Part shown: piece after piece, positions 50,701 to 64,000 of the stretch
How the letters are laid out: the number at the start of each line of letters is the position of its first letter
Numbering within the stretch: position 1 is the stretch's first letter
Source: Octopus sinensis
Taxonomy: Eukaryota
Length of the DNA stretch: 64,000 nt
Direction: 5' to 3'
Assembly: GCF_006345805.1 (NCBI RefSeq)
Contig: NC_043007.1
Span: forward strand, 45,384,001-45,448,000
Translations under genes and position numbers: made by a program
The notes under the pieces: generated by a model
Database searches by the model: none
Told to the model about the DNA's origin: nothing
The model's input: the letters and a program-made list of their open reading frames with translations, nothing else

Positions 50701-51379
50701 CTGGCGCACATATATGCTGTGCATTTCTGGTGTAATATTTTGATGTGTTGAGCACCATATATCTTCTTATAGAACGTGACTTGCAGTAGGGTAACTACTT
50801 AACACGTAAATCTCAGAAGCTGGAGTAATTTACATCGCTGTACGTTGTTCTACTATTCCACATGCCCGATTCAGTGATGTATTTTATACTTTTTGTAGAA
50901 CTGACACAATTTTTGATTAAATTCAAATGTTCACTGGAACCCTACTTCATGGTTCCGTGACCAGCGATAACCGACCCAAGTTTCCTGTCTTGCCAGAGCA
51001 GATGTGGTGGTAACCGACATGTTTTTATCAGTTTACATTTACTACTTTATTACTACTGAGAACTTTTCTTAAAAAAGGCGCTTCTTCAGTATTTATCTAA
51101 AGATAAGAAGTTTTCTGTACCAGATTTGAATTAATGGCAAAGGTTTAAGGAGGTGACATGTATTGCATGTCTAAATGAATAGCTCCCTTATGTCAAGGAG
51201 ACTGACTTCGACGCCATGTTTAAGCATATAAAATGTATGTATATACATATATCTTACATAAACTCACTTATGTAGATATATATATATATTATATATATAC
51301 GTCGGTGTGTATGATATATATGTATGTATATATATGCATATACAATCATATATTCATATATATATATATATATCATACT

Positions 51380-51437
<58 letters not shown>

Positions 51438-52178
51438 TATATATACATATATATATATACATATATATATGTAACCATGCATCTACGTGTATTGGTTTCA
51501 GTATGTGCACTGCAACATATGTATTTGCAGAATGGGTAAACATGGACGAAAAAAAGCCAGACTGATAAACTTGTTCTTTTGTAACAAAAATATCCCCTCG
51601 GTATTTATATTGACCGAATTATACAGACATGACTTTGTCAGTTGTTGCCATCAAGGAATGCAATGAACCATTGATTGGCCAGTTGGCGACCTGCAACAGG
51701 CGAAGTTATTGTTCACAAACTGCATCTTATAAATAAACAGAAAAATTGGACGAGTTTGCGATGCTGATTTACTCCGCTTATTTGCATACATGCAATATCC
51801 GGTCGTTGTCAATAAACTGGAGAAAAGTCTACTCAGTTATCACACAGCAACCCACGTCAAATCTTTACCTCAAAATGAATGCGTTTGTGCTTCCAACTGG
51901 CAAATGCATATTCTTAGACGGTTTAAACTTTCGTTATTTTCACTTTGTTATACCCATTCTTTGAAGAATTATTCTGTAGAAAATATTTCGACTGCATTGC
52001 GTATACCTTCAGATGATCAGTTTCTCTTTAGACATACATATCTTAATAACAGTTTAACTCAGAAGTGTGATGTATAATTTGATATGGTTGATAAAAGAAC
52101 ACATTAGATAATCACGTATTATAATTTAGTCGAAATCTGTATCAAAATACATACTTAAGTCGAAATAAAGAATAAAAT

Positions 52179-52271
<93 letters not shown>

Positions 52272-53255
52272 TCTATTCTATTCTATTCTATCAATATGAC
52301 AGCCTGTCTGCCTGTCTGTCTTTCGGTCTGCCAGCCTGTCTGCCTGTCTGCCTGCCTGTTGACCTATCTGTTCGTCTGTCTGTATATCTATTGTATATCC
52401 ATTTGTGTGTGTAAATATATGTATATATATGTATACACATACACCTCTCTCTCTTTCACTCTCTCTATATATGTAGGTGAATGAATTATATATATGTGTG
52501 CATGTGTGTGTGTGTGTATGTACACATACATGCGTATATACACAACTAGACACACACACACACGCATACAATAGTAAAAGAAATGGAAATAGATCACTAG
52601 TGAATGTACCTGTGGAGATATTTTGTTGATTACTGCACAGGAAATGGGAAATCGTTACAGAGTGTTCTTCTGTTTGTCATTTTCCGTTAAATTCCGTTAC
52701 ATAAATTCATTCTCTTCCATGACATCGTACGAAACAAATACAAGAAGCTTTTCGATAAACGTTATACCAATATGTAAATTCAGTTGTTAAACACCAGGCA
52801 ATGTTGTTCAGTCAACTAAAGAACTGACATTTCTGAGATATATTACTGTAGATACAATACTCACGCTGTAAATGATAGTTCCTGTGATCTCACAAATATA
52901 GAAAAACGTTCTACGACACAATATACGTTCTCCACTATAAAGAAAAATAAACAATTATACGAACATCACGCACGTGCACACCAATACTCATCTTCGCAGA
53001 ATACGCACGCACGCGCACACACATATAAAAACACACGTGCACACATACACACACACACACACACACAAACAATCACACACACATACACACACATGTACAC
53101 TGATACATATAGCACATGTGAAATATATGATCGTGTAAGTGGGTGTAAATGTTATATATAACTGGTTTCTGCAAATGTACGATCTATATCAGACTTTAGT
53201 TATGGCCCGCTATTATTCCGACGAGTTCTCGTTGTTGCTATTATTATTATTATTA

Positions 53256-53307
<52 letters not shown>

Positions 53308-53589
53308 CGTTGTTGTTGTTGTTGTTGTTGTTGTTGTGTTGTTGTTGTTGTTGTTGTTGTTGCTGTTGTTGTTATTATTGTTGTTGTTGCTGTTATTATT
53401 ATTATTATTATTATTATTGTTGTTGTTGTTGTTGTTATTATTATTATTATTATAACACGAACAAAAAAAAACATAAATGATACACAGACGTCACTCACAG
53501 CGATTTCATCAAACCAACAAACAGTACACTAACATACACAAAAATCATACAATCAGACGAAACACGAAAATCTATCAAAAACAAATATT

Positions 53590-54420
53590 ATCCTGGAGCG
53601 GGGAATTTCGGAAAAAGGTTTGTTCGGACGTTTCGAGGTTTTCTTCGGAATATCTCGAACATTAGTACTGGTGGGTAACTGGAGCACGATCTTCGATGCA
53701 CATTTAAATTATGTGAGGATAGATGTCTGAAAAGGAGGGGGAAATTACTAACAAATCTGCTCAGACAAGATTTCCCAAATGTGTCACTGCAGACTAATAG
53801 GAACTTCATCGGGTATGAAGGTCGTTTCTAAATAGAGTATTCTGTAGGCCAGTAGATACGGATGTCATGAGTTGTTTACTCTTTAAAATCGTGGGCTATA
53901 CAGACCGCAGATTTGTGACCTTTACGGTCGGCCTAAATAAGCTTGGTGCGTCAAACCCGGCGTTCCAGGATTACAAAGACCAGATTAGCGAAGCAGTTAA
54001 GCGGGCGTTGATGGGGAGGGTCAAACGTCAACAACAAATGGTGGTTTACTCTGAAAAGGGCGATTAGAGTAGAGTCGATTAGGTTTAGGAAGATATTAAC
54101 GATAGGAAGAAACGTAATTAGAAACTTAGGAGAAACACTTAGGAAAGGTATCGCAACAGACGTGCTCGCAGCGAGATTGGCCCTTGACCAATTCTTCAAC
54201 TCTAAGCACGAAGATTACATTGTGAAAGCTAAGGCACTTATTCTAAGATATGGCGGAAAGAAAACCTCTTGATGGGCCCGATTGATGGATGCGTAACGTG
54301 TTAACAAAGCCACAGTGTAATATTTGGTAGACCAAAATGGGTGCATTTTACTCAGGCCGGAACACATGTGCGCAGCATTTCAGCAATACCTCGCTCAAAT
54401 TTCTCCGGCTCTATTTTTAG
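53590..54420 (+). mobile_element. L1/Tx1-like ORF2 internal fragment (APE endonuclease C-half + linker), degraded
   Basis: RTLVLVGNWSTIFDAHL (GDFN-like), KIVGYTDRRFV (SDH-like), then IRVESIRF..LAARLALDQFFNSKHE..WARL..LVDQNG..MCAAFQQY, with stops and frameshifts. Confidence 0.72.
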
Positions 54421-55432
54421 TCGCCTCCCCATTAAACCCATCATCATATAGCACATTTCATTCTCAAAACGTTTTTTCGTCTGACGCTATAGAAGAAAAT
54501 ACCTCCATAACTGACACAGTAGGATTGAACAGGATATTTGAAAACCTCCATCTGTTTCGTTGCCATCCTTGTATATTTATATTTCTCGGAATGCAATCTT
54601 TTACATTATGCGTCCGTCTATTATCACTTAACATTTGTCTCCAGACCATGTAATTGTGAAGCGAACTACTTAATTCTACGGTCATGTCTGAGTTTATAAA
54701 TATATGTTTGACATTAGATTCTCATGGTTTCTTAAATTAGATTTTCTCTCACCTACAATACAATATTACGGTACTACTGTGTCTCAGATCTGAATATAAT
54801 TGGACACAACATTTCCATTAAAAATAAAATCTATTTGCCATCGGTAAGAAGTATTCCGTGTAAAATATTCGTGCAACAGAACATGTTGTTAAAATATATT
54901 TTAAAAACTGATGAATATCGGTTCAACGTAGAGTATGTAGCTGTTTCGAAACTTCTCATTTATAACCAAACCACTCATCACGTTATCCCACTGCTCCGTA
55001 AAGGTCTTTCGTTTCCATTTGGAGTTTCTCACTCCAATGCTTGAGAAATTCATCTCAGTTTACATCGCCATATCTTAGTTTGTGACCTTCGGTTTTTCCT
55101 ACAGTTTCTTGGAATCAATTCTGTTAGCGAATTCGTTCAACTGTTATCACTTGCCATTTGGATGTCTCCAGCCCAATTAACCTTCAACGATTTTATAAAT
55201 TACATTCCTACTCAGATTAACCTCGTTAATTCCTCCCCTATCAAGCACAATGCTGTGGGGCAACTACCATGCAAGTACTTTCAAAATTCGTAGCAGATTT
55301 CAACACTATTACATGACGGATACTGGAAAGTATATAGTTTATGTCCCTCTCATAATGAAGTAAATTTTCCTATGATGATAAAATAAAAGACCAGTGCACA
55401 TATATTGAACTTTAGTTACAATATCATCAATC

Positions 55433-55640
55433 GGTGGCGAGAACCGTTTGCGTCTCGGGCAAACGGATTAGCGGCATTTGCATTTCGTCCGTCTTGACAC
55501 CCTGAGTTCAAATTCCGCCGCGGTCGACTTTGCCTTTCATTTTCGCGATCGATAAAATAAGTACCAGTTGAGCATTGGGGTCGATAGACTTAGCCCTCAC
55601 CCGAAATTGGTGGACTTCTGCTAAAATTTGAAGCCGATAT
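55433..55640 (+). mobile_element. SINE family A, older subfamily
   Basis: GGTGGCGAGAACC..GAGTTCAAATTCCGCCGCGGTCGACTTTGCCTTTCAT..TAAGTACCAG. Confidence 0.78.
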
Positions 55641-56039
55641 TACTCGTTCACTTATTATATCAACAATTTACATACAATTACATATTATTGATTTGAATGA
55701 AAGGCTCAACGCAGTTTATATGACGAGTAGTTTCGCTTTAGACATTCGATACAAGTATTTATTGGAAATTACCTTGTATTTATTGAGAAACTATTTCAGG
55801 GAAGCATTCTACATGCTAGTTGCAGATGTAGTTGGAATTCCTGTAACACACAGATTTGAAGGTCTTGGATTAATCCAGAAGAATGTTTACACATTTAGTA
55901 GACGTGTAAGTGTGATTATGTTTGTATTAGACATTGTCGATACTTATAGCAGTTGTAAAATGGAAACAAAAGGTCTGTTTTAGTTGCTCTGCTGGGTTAA
56001 GTGTTCGGAAAGGAACAAGTCATTGTTGTAAAACAGTAA

Positions 56040-56210
56040 GAGATATGCACCACACGCACACAACCAGTTTTTTTTCTCTCCACTAAATTTATTGGCAAGC
56101 AGCTCTGCACCTCGTGGGGCTGCAGTAGAAGATACTTGTCAAAGTAGGACACTGCGCAGTGGAACTGAAATTGATAGCAAGTAACTACGAAGCAAATTCC
56201 TTAACCAAAA
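56040..56210 (-). mobile_element. SINE family B, 5' part, diverged
   Basis: GCAGTAGAAGATACTTGTCAAAG..CGCAGTGGAACTGAAA reverse-matches the family B head/core. Confidence 0.55.
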
Positions 56211-56404
56211 TGTCTCAAAATCTTACTATCTTAATAAATAACTAAATCCAAGATGTTCTACTATGCCATTCATTCTACGATAGATATTAATCTCAAATTT
56301 TTAATGTGAGTAAAGAGAGGTGTATATTATTTATAATTCAATATTCAAAGAAGATTAACTGGGGGAGTGGGACAGAGAGGGGTAGAACGTGTGGGGGAGA
56401 GACT

Positions 56405-56490
56405 GGGAGAGAAAAAGTAGGTGAGCGGGTGAAAGAGAAATATTGGGAGAGAAAAAGTAGGTGAGCGGGTGAAAGAGAAATATTGGGAGA
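56405..56490 (+). repeat. Perfect 40-bp tandem duplication
   Basis: GGGAGAGAAAAAGTAGGTGAGCGGGTGAAAGAGAAATATT twice (56405-56444, 56445-56484) plus GGGAGA. Confidence 0.92.
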
Positions 56491-56679
56491 TAGAGATTTG
56501 GATTTGGAGAGGGAAAATGGAAAGGAATGGGAGAGAGACGAATATATAATAGAGAGAGGGAGAGAGAGAGACAAACCGAGATTGAAAATGTATCTGAATA
56601 CTGAAGCAACAGGATGTTTTTAAAGTTTAGCATATTTTTAAGGTTGTTAAACTGAAACGAATTAACATTACTTTCAAAT

Positions 56680-57510
56680 TTTGGCACAAGGCCAGCAATT
56701 TCTGAGGAGGCAATAATACGATTACATCGACCTCAGTGCTCCACTGGTACTTGTTTTATCGACCCTGAAAGGATGAAAAGCAAAGCTGACCTCGGCGGAA
56801 TTTGAGTTTAGGACGCAAAGACGGACGAAATACAGCAAAGCATTTTGCACGGTGTGCTAACAATTCTACCAATGCACAGACATGAACACATATAACATTG
56901 GCCTCAAAATCTGGCACGAGGTCAGCAATTTCAGGAGAGTGGTAAGTCGATTAAATCGCTTTCAGAACTCAACTGGTACATCCGAAAGGATGAAAGCTAA
57001 ATTGACCTCAGCAGAATTTGAGCTCAGAATATAAAGACGGACGAAATACCAGTTTCTTTACTACCCACAAGGGGCTAAACACAGAGGGTACTATCAAGGA
57101 CAGACAAACAGACTAAGTCGATTATATCGACCCCAGTGCGTAACTGGTACTTATTTAATCGACCCCAAAAGGATGAAAGGCAAAGTCGACCTCGGCGGAA
57201 TTTGAACTCAGAACGTAGCGGCAGACAAAATACCGCTAAACATTCCGCCCGGCGTGCTAATGATTCTGCGAGCTTGCTGCCATAGAAACGAATCGGTATT
57301 GATTTCAAATAGTGACACGTGGCCAGCAATTTCGGGAGAAGAGGTATGTCAATTTCATCGACCCCAGTATGCAACTGGTACTTATATCTATCCCGAAAGA
57401 ATGAAAAGCAAGGTCCGGTTGGGTAGAATTTTAATCCAAAATGTGAACACGGATGAAATGCCGCTACGCGTTCCGCCCGGTGTACTAACGACTCTGCCAG
57501 CTCGCCGCCA
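56680..57510 (-). mobile_element. Cluster of family A SINEs, including a young body nested in an old copy
   Basis: Three heads (~56880, ~57285, ~57510). The middle one reads diverged head, young body ending TAAAGAAACTG, then an older body starting GTATTTCG (junction 57049/57050). Confidence 0.85.
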
Positions 57511-57820
57511 TAGAAAGGAATCAATATTAAAAATTTTCATAATCCAAAAATGAATTACGCTATATAATCTGAAATAATATTTTAGAATTTAAATATCAAA
57601 TGCGATTATTATTACTTATTTTTCATCAACATATTGAGATAGAATTGAAATGAAATGAGCTGGAATGGTGGCGGAAAAGGAGTGAGGAGAACTATATCGC
57701 AATTCAAGATATCTTGGTAATAAAGGACTCAGATATGACTGCATCCATCTTTTAAAAACAGATAAATCACTCTATTGCAAATACCGATAATACCAATCAT
57801 TGCCTTAATTTAAACACATA

Positions 57821-57867
<47 letters not shown>

Positions 57868-58125
57868 TTCTTTCTTTCTTTCTCTCTATCTATCATACAC
57901 AGATATTTGCATTTATGTTTTCTATTTTTCGTGATTTCCTTCTTCGCACATTATTCATAATGCAAATAATGAACACTAGCGTCGTCAGTTACAGATTTTA
58001 CGCTTCCGTTTGGCCTATCAATAGCTCACTGCATTTCTGAGGGAAACACAGATAAGAGAATATTTAATTCGAAGCAGGGCAAATATCCCAAGAGCATTAT
58101 TTATTTTTCGGCTTTTTCGCCCATA

Positions 58126-58201
<76 letters not shown>

Positions 58202-58202
58202 T

Positions 58203-58274
<72 letters not shown>

Positions 58275-58300
58275 TACGTATATGTATACATACATATTCA

Positions 58301-58348
<48 letters not shown>

Positions 58349-58359
58349 GTCACTTTGGC

Positions 58360-58600
58360 AATTGTCTTCTGTTTTAGTCTCGAGTCGATCAAAGCCTTGT
58401 GACTGGTTCTGGTGGATGGAAACTGAAAGAAAGCGGTCGTATAAATGTATATACAGTATATACACTTGACAAATAATATTGATGTGTTTAATTCCTCATA
58501 ACTTAGCGGTTCAGCAACGAGAAACGATAGAATGAGCACCAGGCTAAAAAAATAAGCACTGGGGCGATTCCTCCGACTAAAATTTCTTCAAGACGGTAGA
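58360..58600 (+). mobile_element. SINE family B, headless
   Basis: CGATCAAAGCCTTGTGA..GGAAACTGAAAGAAAGC..TAACTTAGCGGTTCAGCAA..GATAGAATGAGCACCAGGC. Confidence 0.68.
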
Positions 58601-58866
58601 ATAATTTTGTCATCCGGTAAATAGCTCTACTTAACAACTTCAGTTCATTTAGGAGGAACCAGTTTGTTGCAAGCATTTATCCAAGTTTCCAGATATTTCC
58701 CATATATACGGACATACAAATACAAATAAATATGTATCATACGTATGTATGTTTGAACGAAAAGATAAAGTAAAGCAATTAATTAGTAATGAACAATAGA
58801 AATATTAATAAATATGTTAAAGTGAAATTAACTTATATATGGTTTCCGATAATATTGTTCTAGTAA

Positions 58867-59232
58867 TCTATTATATAAAATCCGTTCTGTATGTCTGTGT
58901 GTGTGTCTTCTGGGATCATCCATCCGATTGCGCTCAAATTTGATATGTAGATACCGAGGTGTATAAGTCTTGAAAACATTACAAATATCGATTCCAGGCG
59001 AGAATGCGATCGATAAAGCCGTGGGAATGTGTATTTGTACGCGCAAGTACATCAACTGTTGCGATCGATACTACGCGTACGCGAGAAAAATGCACGGTGC
59101 CTCAAATTTAGGTTAAATCAGTGTTTCTCAAAGGGGAAGCCAATGAGACAGTCGGACAAGTTGTTTTGAGAAAATTAAGTTTAAATGTTTGACAACTCAG
59201 CACCGTCTATTGGACGGGGGACGATTTGCTCG
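58867..59232 (+). mobile_element. Non-autonomous Helitron (366 bp)
   Basis: A|TC start (TCTATTATATAAAA); 3' hairpin CCGTC-TATTG-GACGG (59203-59217) 11 nt before CTCG|T (CTAG-like end). Confidence 0.65.
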
Positions 59233-60904
59233 TATTGGTATATCTAACATTCTAATTCCTAATTTTGACAGAAGATAAGTCATTTCTCTAAGAGGAAAGA
59301 AAAGTTGATTACATTGACCCAATGGGACTTTTTCTATCGATCCCGAACATATAAAAGATAAATCCATCCTCAGCAGATTTTGAATCAGAAGATAAATTCA
59401 GAAGAAAAGCCATTAAGCTTTAGTCTTGAGTGTTATTGATTCTGCCGTCTCGACGTCTTTCTTGGCTTCAGATTTTCGCACATGAACAGCAATTTCAGGC
59501 GGAGAGCGATAGTGGATTACATGGACCTTCATCAACCTCGAACGTAAAAACACTCAGCGTATGTTTCACCATGCGGTGGTTGAATTTGAAAATAGTTCAA
59601 ACATGTGCCTCAAATCACAAGTTGTTGTCTTAGAAAAGGACTGTGAGAAGAGCGTTCCGTGGCAAAAAACATCCCTAGGAACTGGTTGGTCACTATTTGA
59701 ATATCCACGAATATAGTTCTTCTAAATGGGTCTGATCTAAAGCCTAACAATATTAAAATCACATTATAAGAGTTATATAACTAAAATTGTTCTGAAGTTT
59801 TTAAATGTCGTCATATAGACGATTAAATCCATCCATCCTCTGTATATAACTGGTACTTACTTTATTGAGCATAAAATAATGGAAAGAAATGCTGTTACCG
59901 GCAGGAATAAAAATTAGAACGTAAATGGATGTAACTAAATACCAGGAGTTATATGTCCGGCATTACACTACCAAAGCATCTGGTTTAATTAATGATTGTT
60001 CTTGGTTAAAGCACAAAGGCGTACTTTTCGGAGTAGTGGTGTTACTCGATTAAATCGACCTTTCTACTCGACTGGCAATATAATTTATCGTTCCACAAGG
60101 ATGAGGCATATTTGAACTCGGCGGGATTTGATCTCAGAACGTAAAAATTATAATTAAATGTCACGTGGCATTTTTTCAACACGCCAACGATTTTACTACT
60201 CAATTTTTCTAATTATGTAATTAATTTGTTTCTCATTTAGGCAGAAGAATAGCAATTTTCAGGGATGGTGTCAGTCGATGCGACTGACCTCAAGATTTGA
60301 GTGGTATTTTATAGAATTAAAAGCTGAGGGATGAAGGACAAATTCTACCTTAGTAGGACTTGTACTCAGAACATAAAGAACCAAACCATATGTCGCAACG
60401 CACTTTCCTGACGCTCTAACAATTCTGCTAGACGGCCGCCTTAGAATGGTTTCTGATTTAGGTACAATTTAGGTCGATATAATCATCTCAGCAACTTAAT
60501 ACTTGATTGGTAAATAATTTAACTGATCCGGTAGGGGTGAAAGTTTACCTCGGCGGAATTGGTAATTAAATATCACAAGACATTTTACCGCTTCTCGGTA
60601 ACTTGAGCGCGAAATTTGGCTTTTATATTTTTGGCGTCGATAATTCAAAAATAGCCTCAATCCAGGACTGTTAATTTGTGTAAGACTTAGATCGATGGTC
60701 GTGAACACCTGAAACATCTGTTCCGGCATTTTGTGTAGGAATCAATAATGGTAAATTATATGGGACATGCATTAAGTTGGGTATCACAACAAACCTGAAT
60801 CAATGGAGACTTTTATACATGAACAACCGTCAGTCTTCTGCAGAAAACTACTACTATAATATATACACTTGCGTCTTCCACAGTGATAAAATAAGTGCCA
60901 GTTG

Positions 60905-61130
60905 AGTACTAGGGTCGATGTAATCGACTATCGCCCTCATTCCAAAATTGCTGGCCTTGTGTCAAAATTTGAAACCAATATTTTGTGATAGGTGACTTTC
61001 GTAAAGTTTCGTAGAATGACTTCAGTATTGGGTTTGCATCTAATTTATCGACTTTGAAAGTATGAAAGTGAAAGCTAACTTGGGTTGGATTTGAACTTAT
61101 AACAAAAAGTGAGAAGTTGGTTGTACCAAG
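60905..61130 (-). mobile_element. SINE family A remnants
   Basis: GGGTCGATGTAATCGACT..AAAATTGCTGGCCTTGTGTCAAAATTTGAAACC (plus) followed by an opposite-strand remnant. Confidence 0.55.
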
Positions 61131-61949
61131 ACATTTGGTCTGGGACTTTACATATTTTGAATGCAAATGCTTTATAAAACTATCAATTTAAGGCAAAGAT
61201 TTTTCGGAGAAAATTTTGTAGTTAGGATATTTTAAATAAAAACATATATCGATGGTCAGCTAATCAGTAAATTTCTACTTCATCAATATGAAACATACAT
61301 AAAACCCTAATCGTATTTTATGAGCTTTAATGTTATATTCTCGCCTGCATCCAAGTTGTTTGATCTATGATATACGTATGAGGGGAGTATTACCCATTTA
61401 AGTCGGCTATAAGCTGGAAAAGATTACTTTTAGACACAAGTGGCTAATATAAATATTCAATATGCTTAATAAACTTCTGCTGCATTTGGCATTTAAGAAT
61501 TCATTTTCTATCTGTCTTCAAAAGAATTTAACTCAGCTAACTAGAGTCATAATAAGGATTTACAACGCAAGAGCATAAAGCTTGAGTCATACGTTGCCGA
61601 AAGGTTCGTAAACTGTTATATTCTCATATTGACAGCACATTAACGGATATATCCTGTGGTGCAACTGTGCAGCATTTAAAATAATATAATATAAATTGAA
61701 TTAGTCACACAACGTAATAAACTCTGACGTAACTGTGCATTCGATTGAAGAATGTCAGATATTTACTGCAATCTATTTTGTATACCGCTCGAAAGCTGAA
61801 AGGTAAATTTAAAATCTGTGTGATTGGAAAACGAACGTAAAGATATGAAAACTGCAGGACGTTTGACCAACAGAATCTGCTGACAATACCATCACAGTAT
61901 AAGAGCTTCTCACGTTTGCATAAAAATGCATGCTCTTCACATTACTGAA

Positions 61950-62400
61950 TTTCAAATAGCCCTTACAAACATACACGAAGTACAATAGATATTATCGATT
62001 GCAGAAGATTTTATGTCTTTAGTCAAGAGAGAAGGCAGTAGATATATCCCTATACAGGGTCCTCAAGACAGGCGATGGCGGTATGATAAGCATCCAGAAA
62101 TCTGGTTCAAATGCTTGTAACACACATGGTCCTCGTAGTTATGAAGAGATATGTCAAGACTTAATTAACTGCGCAAAAATTTTATCCATCTCTCATTCCA
62201 CGAAAATAATAACTGTACATACAGACAACATCGATAACGAAAGTGATTTCATGAAACTTTGAAAGTGACCTACTCACTAAATTTCCGATTCTAGCCATAT
62301 TAGAATACAACAATAGACATCAGGAAACGTCCATAGCAAAATCCTCAGGCACTGCCGAATTCAAACAAACCGGAAATGATAGGAGTACAAACCTGAAATA
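61950..62400 (+). mobile_element. Possible decayed RLE-type LINE fragment (post-RT region)
   Basis: VDISLYRVLKTGDGGMISIQ resembles the LY.P...GG.GL motif region; many stops. Confidence 0.3.
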
Positions 62401-62654
62401 AATAAATAAATATATAAATCATGACGTCAAAATATTTTCAGACATTATTAAATATAAAGAGAGAAATACAATGTACAATAAACAATACCACCCAATATAT
62501 ACATTGTGTTCTTGATTTATATACACACATATAAGTGTAAATGGTACTGAAAATACGATACACACATGGCTATTTGTCTGTCTGCATGTCGGTATGTATG
62601 TATGTATGTATGTGTGTGTGTATGTATGTGTGTGTATGTATGTATGTATTTATG

Positions 62655-63172
62655 TCATTATTCTAGATTTCTTGCCAATAGAGAAAGAACCGCTTTCTAA
62701 CCTAGATCCAAGGTTCCTTCATTGGAATTACATCAACAACAGGTTATTTCTGTATGTATGTATGCATGCATGCATGTATGTATGTATGTATGTATGTATG
62801 TATGTATGTATGTGCAAATTTGTATGTTTTTTATATATATTCTCATGCACATAGTTACATATCTAGACATGCTCTATATATTTAAATGATAAATTTCTGG
62901 AACATTTTACAGATTTTACAGTTCCAGTGATAGGGTTAGATCTGTAGACTTCGAATTAGCTTTCTCCTTTCTGGTTTTGAGACGCCTAATTTCTCAATAT
63001 TGATATTTAGGCAGTGTGTTACATGTGCCAGAGCCCCAATAATTATGGGTATAAACCTGAACTTGTAATCTGGATAGAGTAACTGCAGATTTCTCTTTTT
63101 CACTGATCTTCAGGTTTATGTTCACATCAGCTGGGTAGCTAATTTCCACAACAGTGCACAGTTTCTCTTCTC
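62655..63172 (-). mobile_element. RLE-type non-LTR 3' end embedded in (TACA)n arrays
   Basis: Minus: REEKLCTVVEISYPADVNINLKISEKE..YPDYKFRFIPIIIGAL..GTVKICKMFQKFII* (stop ~62882); TATG tracts at 63173-63245, 62750-62812 and 62594-62652. Confidence 0.75.
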
Positions 63173-64000
63173 TATGTATGTATGTATGTATGTATGTATG
63201 TATGTATGTATGTATGTATGTATGTATGTATGTATGTATGTATGCATGCATGTACTGATGCCTGAAATGGAAGAAACTAAAATTTAAAGCACTTATTTTT
63301 ACAATGTTACATATTACAAGAACTTTTATGTTTTATAGAGCTGTCATTTAAAAAAATATAAGCAATAAAATTTATTATTAACAATCTTCATATAAATGCT
63401 TATGTAGTAATAGCAACACCGTTGACACTGAGCACGCGCATTCACAGAAATCTTTTAACCAACCACAGGCATTTCAGATAGATAATATTACTACAGTTTT
63501 CAAGTAAAATTAAATTTAAATCAATATTCTTTTTACACTTGTAGTTGTGGTTCTTTTAAACTTTTAATGAACAGAGTATTTATCAAACTGGGTCTATTTT
63601 GATTGAAGTATAGAAGTATTGATTTTCAGACGGAGCAATATTATTATATAACCAAACTACTACTTGTATGCAATCCCTGCATTGCTGTTAGGGAATCGGT
63701 AGCTATTGCCACCATCGAAGAGTGGAAGACAATGAACTGAGAAATAAAACGATTGACTAAAGTAAAAAGGAGAAATCGAAGACGACAAACATTTTTTCCC
63801 AAGACTTATAAGGAAAAGAGTTTCCACATCGACGGAACTAGAAAATTTAAGACAAATCCCTTAGAGACTTTCTAGAAACGTATATATTGAAAAGCCTATA
63901 TTCAATAATCGAAACAAAATCACGAGATATGGAAAAGAAGATACACGAAAACCAGAGTGAGAGAGGCGTGTCAAAAATCGCTAAAAGAGTTGAAAATTTA

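Overview
This is AT-rich, microsatellite-dense eukaryotic DNA. The SINE families and repeat landscape suggest an Octopus/cephalopod genome (inference). I recognise no host protein-coding exon, so the window is probably intergenic or deep intronic, and nearly all ORF-track entries are translated microsatellites. The only long real ORF (42947-45319, 790 aa) is the RT/CCHC/restriction-like endonuclease (RLE) ORF of a 5'-truncated R4/Dong-like non-LTR retrotransposon. It lies in an ~8 kb pile-up of TAA-flanked retroelements (38.2-46.1 kb). Also present: L1/Tx1-like fragments, Tc1 and mariner relics, two MITEs, Helitron-like elements and at least three tRNA-derived SINE families. The most interesting signal is non-coding: ten minimal type I hammerhead ribozyme (HHR)-like motifs found by eye. 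Three fold completely (14457-14504 -, 14829-14876 +, 27442-27484 -). They include a compensatory U3-A8 core variant in two unrelated stem contexts, and several sit inside recent fold-back or interleaved inverted duplications, which fits Penelope-like/retrozyme-type elements. Second highlight: a young SINE with a Tx1-like 3' tail shows the same junction (..GAAA-NNN|GTATTTCG) at three loci, suggesting it inserts site-specifically into copies of itself. All structures and alignments were done by eye; repeat boundaries are approximate unless stated.
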